In this document: piece by piece, positions 32,125 through 35,682 of the stretch
Layout of the letters: every line of letters starts with the position of its first letter
Position numbering within the stretch: position 1 is the first letter of the stretch
Source of the DNA: an uncultured Victivallales bacterium
GTDB lineage: Bacteria; Verrucomicrobiota; Lentisphaeria; Victivallales; UBA1829
Assembly: GCA_944389445.1 (NCBI GenBank)
Contig: CALXMJ010000326.1
Span: 1 to 35,682, forward strand
Length of the DNA stretch: 35,682 bases
Direction: 5' to 3'
Program-made: the position numbers and the translations under genes
The notes under the pieces: generated by a model
Told to the model about the DNA's origin: nothing
What the model saw: only the letters and a program-made list of their open reading frames with translations
The model's database searches: none

Positions 32125-35100
32125 ATGAATCTTTCGTTTTCGTTCGTTTTGAGTGCGGGACTTGCGGCGGCGGTTCCTGTTGTTTCTTCTGCGTTTGTAC
32201 TGGAACGCAGAGCGGCGGATTTCAATCGTTTTGAAGGGCAGAGCGGATATGCGGAACTGGTCGGAAAGGCCGGAAATCTCAGTGGAAAAATCAAAGCGGG
32301 TGACAAGACTCGTCTGCTCGGGAAATTCGAATATGACTTCATGATTCCGCAGTCCGGCTGGTATGTTTTCACAATCCCGGCGGGAATCGGCCAGCTGGAG
32401 AGCTGGATCGACGGCAGACACTATTCCGTCGGAGAAACCGGAACGCGAATCGGAAGTTTTTATCTTGAGAAAGGCAAACATACGCTCACATTGCAGAAAC
32501 GGAACTGGTTCCATCCGTTTGGAAAGATCGACAAAATTATCATTTCCGATGCCGCCGCCCGGCCGGAGGAGAGAATCAACGTTTCAGGAGAACGTTTCGT
32601 AAACGAGGGTATCCTCCGGAAAGGCGGACACTACACGCTCAACATCTCCGCGGGAATGCCTGCGGATTCCACGCTGGAGGCTCTGGTCATCGACCGGAAA
32701 CAGCGGAAAGAGACAGCCCGCGTTTCCATAAAACTGCCGAAAACGGACCGGGGCGCGTTCTCCGGCAAACTCCGGATTCCGGCAAAGGAGGAAGGTTTGT
32801 TTGACATTCGCCTTCTTCTGAACGGAAAGCCTCTCCCGAAAGGAACGCTTCCCGTCTTTTCCATGGCGGTCATTGATGCGACTCCCCGCCGTATGGAACC
32901 GGAGAACCTGAAAAAGGCTCTGCTCTTTGAAATCGACTGCGTCAAACAGAACCCTGATTATTTCGGCGGAGGAAGTACCGGAGTCGTCAAAAAGGGATTC
33001 GGGGCCTACCGGGAGTCGGGCGATGTAAGCTGGCTTTCGCATATGAATTCCCATGAACCTTCCTGGTTTGCCTATCGGATTGAGGTCCCGGAAGCGCAGA
33101 AACCGTATCTGGTGGAAATTGACTATCCCGACGACGCGTTCCGGACGTTTGCCATTTCCCTGCGCAATCAGGGCGACACCAGCTATCCTGCCGCCGCAGG
33201 AGTCGAGACCGGACACGAATATCCGCTTTCCAACCGCATGCTGACCCATACGATTCTTTCCTGGTTCAAAGAGAAAAATTCGCGACTCATTGTCGCAAAC
33301 GCCTGCGACGGACAGCGCGGCGCCATTTCAAAGATCCGCGTTTACCGGATTGAAAATGCGGTTCTTCCTCCCTTGAAAAAAGCGGTCCCGGCGGAACGCG
33401 GATTCAGCAACTGGTACGAGGAGGGCAGCGGTTTCATGGGACTGTACGGATGCGACAGCCGCCGGAAAAGCCTTGACGATATGATTGTCGGCGCGGACCG
33501 CTGGGCGCAGACGATCGCTTTTATCGGCGGCACTACACTCTATCCGACTCTGATGGTCTATCAGTTCGGTCTCTCCCCGAGCCATTACAATGTGTTCGCC
33601 ACCGGAGCCACCCGCGATCTGGCGGAAGTGATTCTGCTCTCCGCGGAGAAATACGGAATGAATGTCCTCTTCGATTTTCACCCTGAAGCCCGCGACCTTC
33701 AGCTATTTGAGGATCAGGAGAACCGTCTCCGGAACCGGGAGGGGTTTGTAAGCACTTTTGCTCCGATGCACGGTCCTCTTCATCCGCGGAATCAGGCATG
33801 GCTCTGCGGAATGATTTCGGAATTCGTCAACCGCTACAAGAGTTCTCCCGCTCTGAAAGGGATCTCCCTGCGGCACATGACCTGGTTCAATCATGCGCTG
33901 GTCAACTTCAACGATCTTTCCTGGGGATATGATGATTACACCGTCAAACTTTTTGAACGTGAAACAGGCATGAAGATTCCAGACTGCGCAGACAAAGATC
34001 CGGCCAGATTTGCAAAACGCTACCGCTTCCTCGCGGAACAGAACCGTGAAACATGGATTGCGTGGAGATGCCGGAAAATCGCGGAACTTTATGCAAAACT
34101 GGCAAAGATCGTCCGGGATGCCCGTCCCGATCTTGTGATCCTTTCAAGCGTCTTCAACCGGGAAGCGGGTGTTGATCCGGAACTTCTCCGCAAGATCAGG
34201 AATGTCGTTGTGACGGACGGCTGCACCTACGGACGGCGCGGCCGCGGAGAGAACAATCGCGCAAACTTTCTGAAAAAAATGGGTTCGCTGGATCCGAATG
34301 TCTCCGCATTCACCTCCGGCGCCGCTTATTTTGAGGCCACGGAAAAAGTCATTCCTCCGGACCAGCTGGGCTATCCGAAGGGGACCCGGGCAACATGGAT
34401 GAGCGCAGTCATCAATCCTCCGGGCAGACTTGCCCTTGAGCGTTTTGCCGTGGCGCTTGCGAAAACCGATGCGAAACTGCTCGGCGACGGTGGAAATGCC
34501 TATACAGTCGGACAACCGGAACTTCGTCCGTTCCTGAAACAGTTCCGCTCCATTCCGAAGAAAAATTTCACGCTTCGGGATGACGCTTCGGAACCCGTTG
34601 CCGTTCGAACTTCCGGCAATGATTTTTATGCTGTCAATCTGATGCCGTTCCCTGTGAAAACCGTTCTCCGTTTTTCCGGAAACGGAAATGTGACCGGTCT
34701 TGCCGACGGCAAAAAGTATCCTTTGAAAGATCATTCACTGGAACTGAACTTGAACGCGTTCGAGCTGCTTGCGTTCCGGGCGGATCAGCCGATCAAAAGC
34801 GTCACCTCGGAAATTCCGACCGGAGAGTTCCGGAAATTCAAAGCGCAAACAGAGGCAATCCGTGACGTCCTGCCGAATGTGGATAAAAAATACCGGGAAA
34901 AAGTCGGAGCTCTGCTTGCCGGACTGGAAAATGATCTGAACGCCCGGAAATTCTGGACCTTCCGAAAAGAGCTGGAACTGGCGGATCCTTTGCTGAAATC
35001 GGCAGGGATTCTTCCCCCCTATTATTACAATGACGGCTGGCCGATCACTCCGCAGAATGCTATTCCGGCGGAAAAATTGAAGCAATATGCGACCGGCGGA

Positions 35101-35682
35101 ACCGAACTCATGAAAAGTGCCGATTTCGCCCCCGACTGGAACGGTGAACAGATCATTTTTTCCGAACCGGAAAAAACGCTGCGTTTCAAACTGCATCTGC
35201 CGGCGACAGGAGAGTATCGTTTGCAGGCGGGATTCGTCTCGGGCGGGAAATTCGGCAGTGCAGAAGTGAAAAGCGGAGGAAAAGTCATAGGAGTTCTTTC
35301 CTCCTCCGGCAAGGAAAATTCCGCTCGGAACGTGCTTCTTACTACGGCGATTCCGTTCCGGGCGGGAGAGAATATGCTGGAACTGGTTCCGGAAAAAGGG
35401 AAATCCGTCGCGGTCAGTTATCTCATGCTGACGCCTGTTTACACAGTGATTCCTCCGATGCGCTGGAAAGTCAGTGAAGTTTTCCCGAAGCAATCCATGG
35501 AAACGGTTCTTGATCCGGAACGCAATCGGGATTTCCGCAAGTGGATGCCCTTGAAAGGATTTAATGCCTTTACGGACCTTTCCTGCGGACATCCGGTGAA
35601 GGATGGAATCATCCGCTACGCGGTCACCTGCATCCATTCGCCGGACGATCGTACGGTCCGTCTTTCCTATGGAATCGACTAT
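32125..35682 (+). CDS. Very large secreted multidomain protein (at least 1186 aa, 3' end beyond the window) with CBM-like beta-sandwich segments and a putative glycoside-hydrolase-like core
   Basis: Not in the ORF track because it has no stop in the window. ATG at 32125 with AAGGGAG 6 nt upstream. I translated all 1186 codons by hand and found no in-frame stop. Signal peptide MNLSFSFVLSAGLAAAVPVVSSA. All listed minus-strand ORFs from 32584 to 35637 are codon-aligned antisense shadows of this frame. Confidence 0.85.
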   Translation, partial: MNLSFSFVLSAGLAAAVPVVSSAFVLERRAADFNRFEGQSGYAELVGKAGNLSGKIKAGDKTRLLGKFEYDFMIPQSGWYVFTIPAGIGQLESWIDGRHYSVGETGTRIGSFYLEKGKHTLTLQKRNWFHPFGKIDKIIISDAAARPEERINVSGERFVNEGILRKGGHYTLNISAGMPADSTLEALVIDRKQRKETARVSIKLPKTDRGAFSGKLRIPAKEEGLFDIRLLLNGKPLPKGTLPVFSMAVIDATPRRMEPENLKKALLFEIDCVKQNPDYFGGGSTGVVKKGFGAYRESGDVSWLSHMNSHEPSWFAYRIEVPEAQKPYLVEIDYPDDAFRTFAISLRNQGDTSYPAAAGVETGHEYPLSNRMLTHTILSWFKEKNSRLIVANACDGQRGAISKIRVYRIENAVLPPLKKAVPAERGFSNWYEEGSGFMGLYGCDSRRKSLDDMIVGADRWAQTIAFIGGTTLYPTLMVYQFGLSPSHYNVFATGATRDLAEVILLSAEKYGMNVLFDFHPEARDLQLFEDQENRLRNREGFVSTFAPMHGPLHPRNQAWLCGMISEFVNRYKSSPALKGISLRHMTWFNHALVNFNDLSWGYDDYTVKLFERETGMKIPDCADKDPARFAKRYRFLAEQNRETWIAWRCRKIAELYAKLAKIVRDARPDLVILSSVFNREAGVDPELLRKIRNVVVTDGCTYGRRGRGENNRANFLKKMGSLDPNVSAFTSGAAYFEATEKVIPPDQLGYPKGTRATWMSAVINPPGRLALERFAVALAKTDAKLLGDGGNAYTVGQPELRPFLKQFRSIPKKNFTLRDDASEPVAVRTSGNDFYAVNLMPFPVKTVLRFSGNGNVTGLADGKKYPLKDHSLELNLNAFELLAFRADQPIKSVTSEIPTGEFRKFKAQTEAIRDVLPNVDKKYREKVGALLAGLENDLNARKFWTFRKELELADPLLKSAGILPPYYYNDGWPITPQNAIPAEKLKQYATGGTELMKSADFAPDWNGEQIIFSEPEKTLRFKLHLPATGEYRLQAGFVSGGKFGSAEVKSGGKVIGVLSSSGKENSARNVLLTTAIPFRAGENMLELVPEKGKSVAVSYLMLTPVYTVIPPMRWKVSEVFPKQSMETVLDPERNRDFRKWMPLKGFNAFTDLSCGHPVKDGIIRYAVTCIHSPDDRTVRLSYGIDY

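Noticed and set aside
29388-32372. Minus-strand ORFs 29388-30272, 30448-31305 and 31245-32372 (294, 285 and 375 aa)
   Set aside because: They are antisense shadows of the LysR, LacI, pseudopilin-like and large secreted protein genes, with no motifs and composition typical of reverse-complement reading of GC-rich codons.
32584-35637. Chain of minus-strand ORFs (221, 117, 196 and 300 aa, and others) that are the only track entries in the last 3.5 kb
   Set aside because: All are codon-aligned with the open plus-strand frame starting at 32125. They break exactly where that frame uses a TCA, TTA or CTA codon, for example TCA at 34735-34737. The plus frame has a Shine-Dalgarno, a signal peptide and no stop for 1186 codons.
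1-35682. CRISPR arrays, transposases or IS elements, prophage genes, toxin-antitoxin pairs, restriction-modification or other known defence systems
   Set aside because: I scanned both strands and the ORF translations. I found no repeat-spacer periodicity, no DDE, serine or tyrosine recombinase motifs, no terminal inverted repeats flanking the low-GC block, and no nuclease, ATPase or small-pair architectures typical of defence or TA loci.

Overview
35.7-kb chromosomal window. It most likely comes from a PVC-superphylum bacterium (Lentisphaerota, Kiritimatiellota or Verrucomicrobiota-like). That placement is an inference from two prepilin-type H-X9-DG (DUF1559-like) genes sitting next to large secreted glycosidase-like genes. 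Gene order, left to right: (1) Minus-strand operon 4192->1: pseudopilin-like H-X9-DS protein, 1027-aa secreted TIM-barrel glycosidase-like protein, and the start of an ADP-ribosylglycohydrolase-family gene cut by the window edge. (2) tRNA-Lys(UUU). (3) Housekeeping and regulatory plus-strand genes: gmk, a stand-alone coaC, overlapping AraC and LacI regulators, a sugar-phosphate isomerase/epimerase, thiD, an Amidase_3 cell-wall amidase and a GH2 glycosidase. (4) An ABC-transporter-dependent surface-glycan locus at about 13.0-24.75 kb. It holds 4 GT2, 2 GT8, a GT9-like fusion, a radical SAM enzyme, wzt, a SAM methyltransferase and wzm. The glycosyltransferases, radical SAM gene and methyltransferase are clearly lower in GC than wzt, wzm and the flanks. 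(5) A six-gene minus-strand operon, divergent from a LysR gene. Five of its products are redox or cofactor enzymes that all carry export signals: flavodoxin, CMD-CMD-cupin, ABM, cyclophilin-like, and a Tat-signal AKR fused to a 2x[4Fe-4S] domain. (6) A LacI gene translationally coupled to a second H-X9-DG pseudopilin-like gene, followed by an ORF of at least 1186 aa for a secreted protein that runs off the right edge. The supplied ORF track misses both edge-truncated genes. It also lists many long codon-aligned antisense shadow ORFs, which I reject. I recognised no rRNA, CRISPR array, transposase, integrase or known defence system. The most interesting candidates are the recurrent pseudopilin-like plus secreted-enzyme modules, the fully exported redox operon, and the radical SAM and methyltransferase content of the mosaic glycan locus. 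All family assignments come from motif recognition by eye, not database searches.
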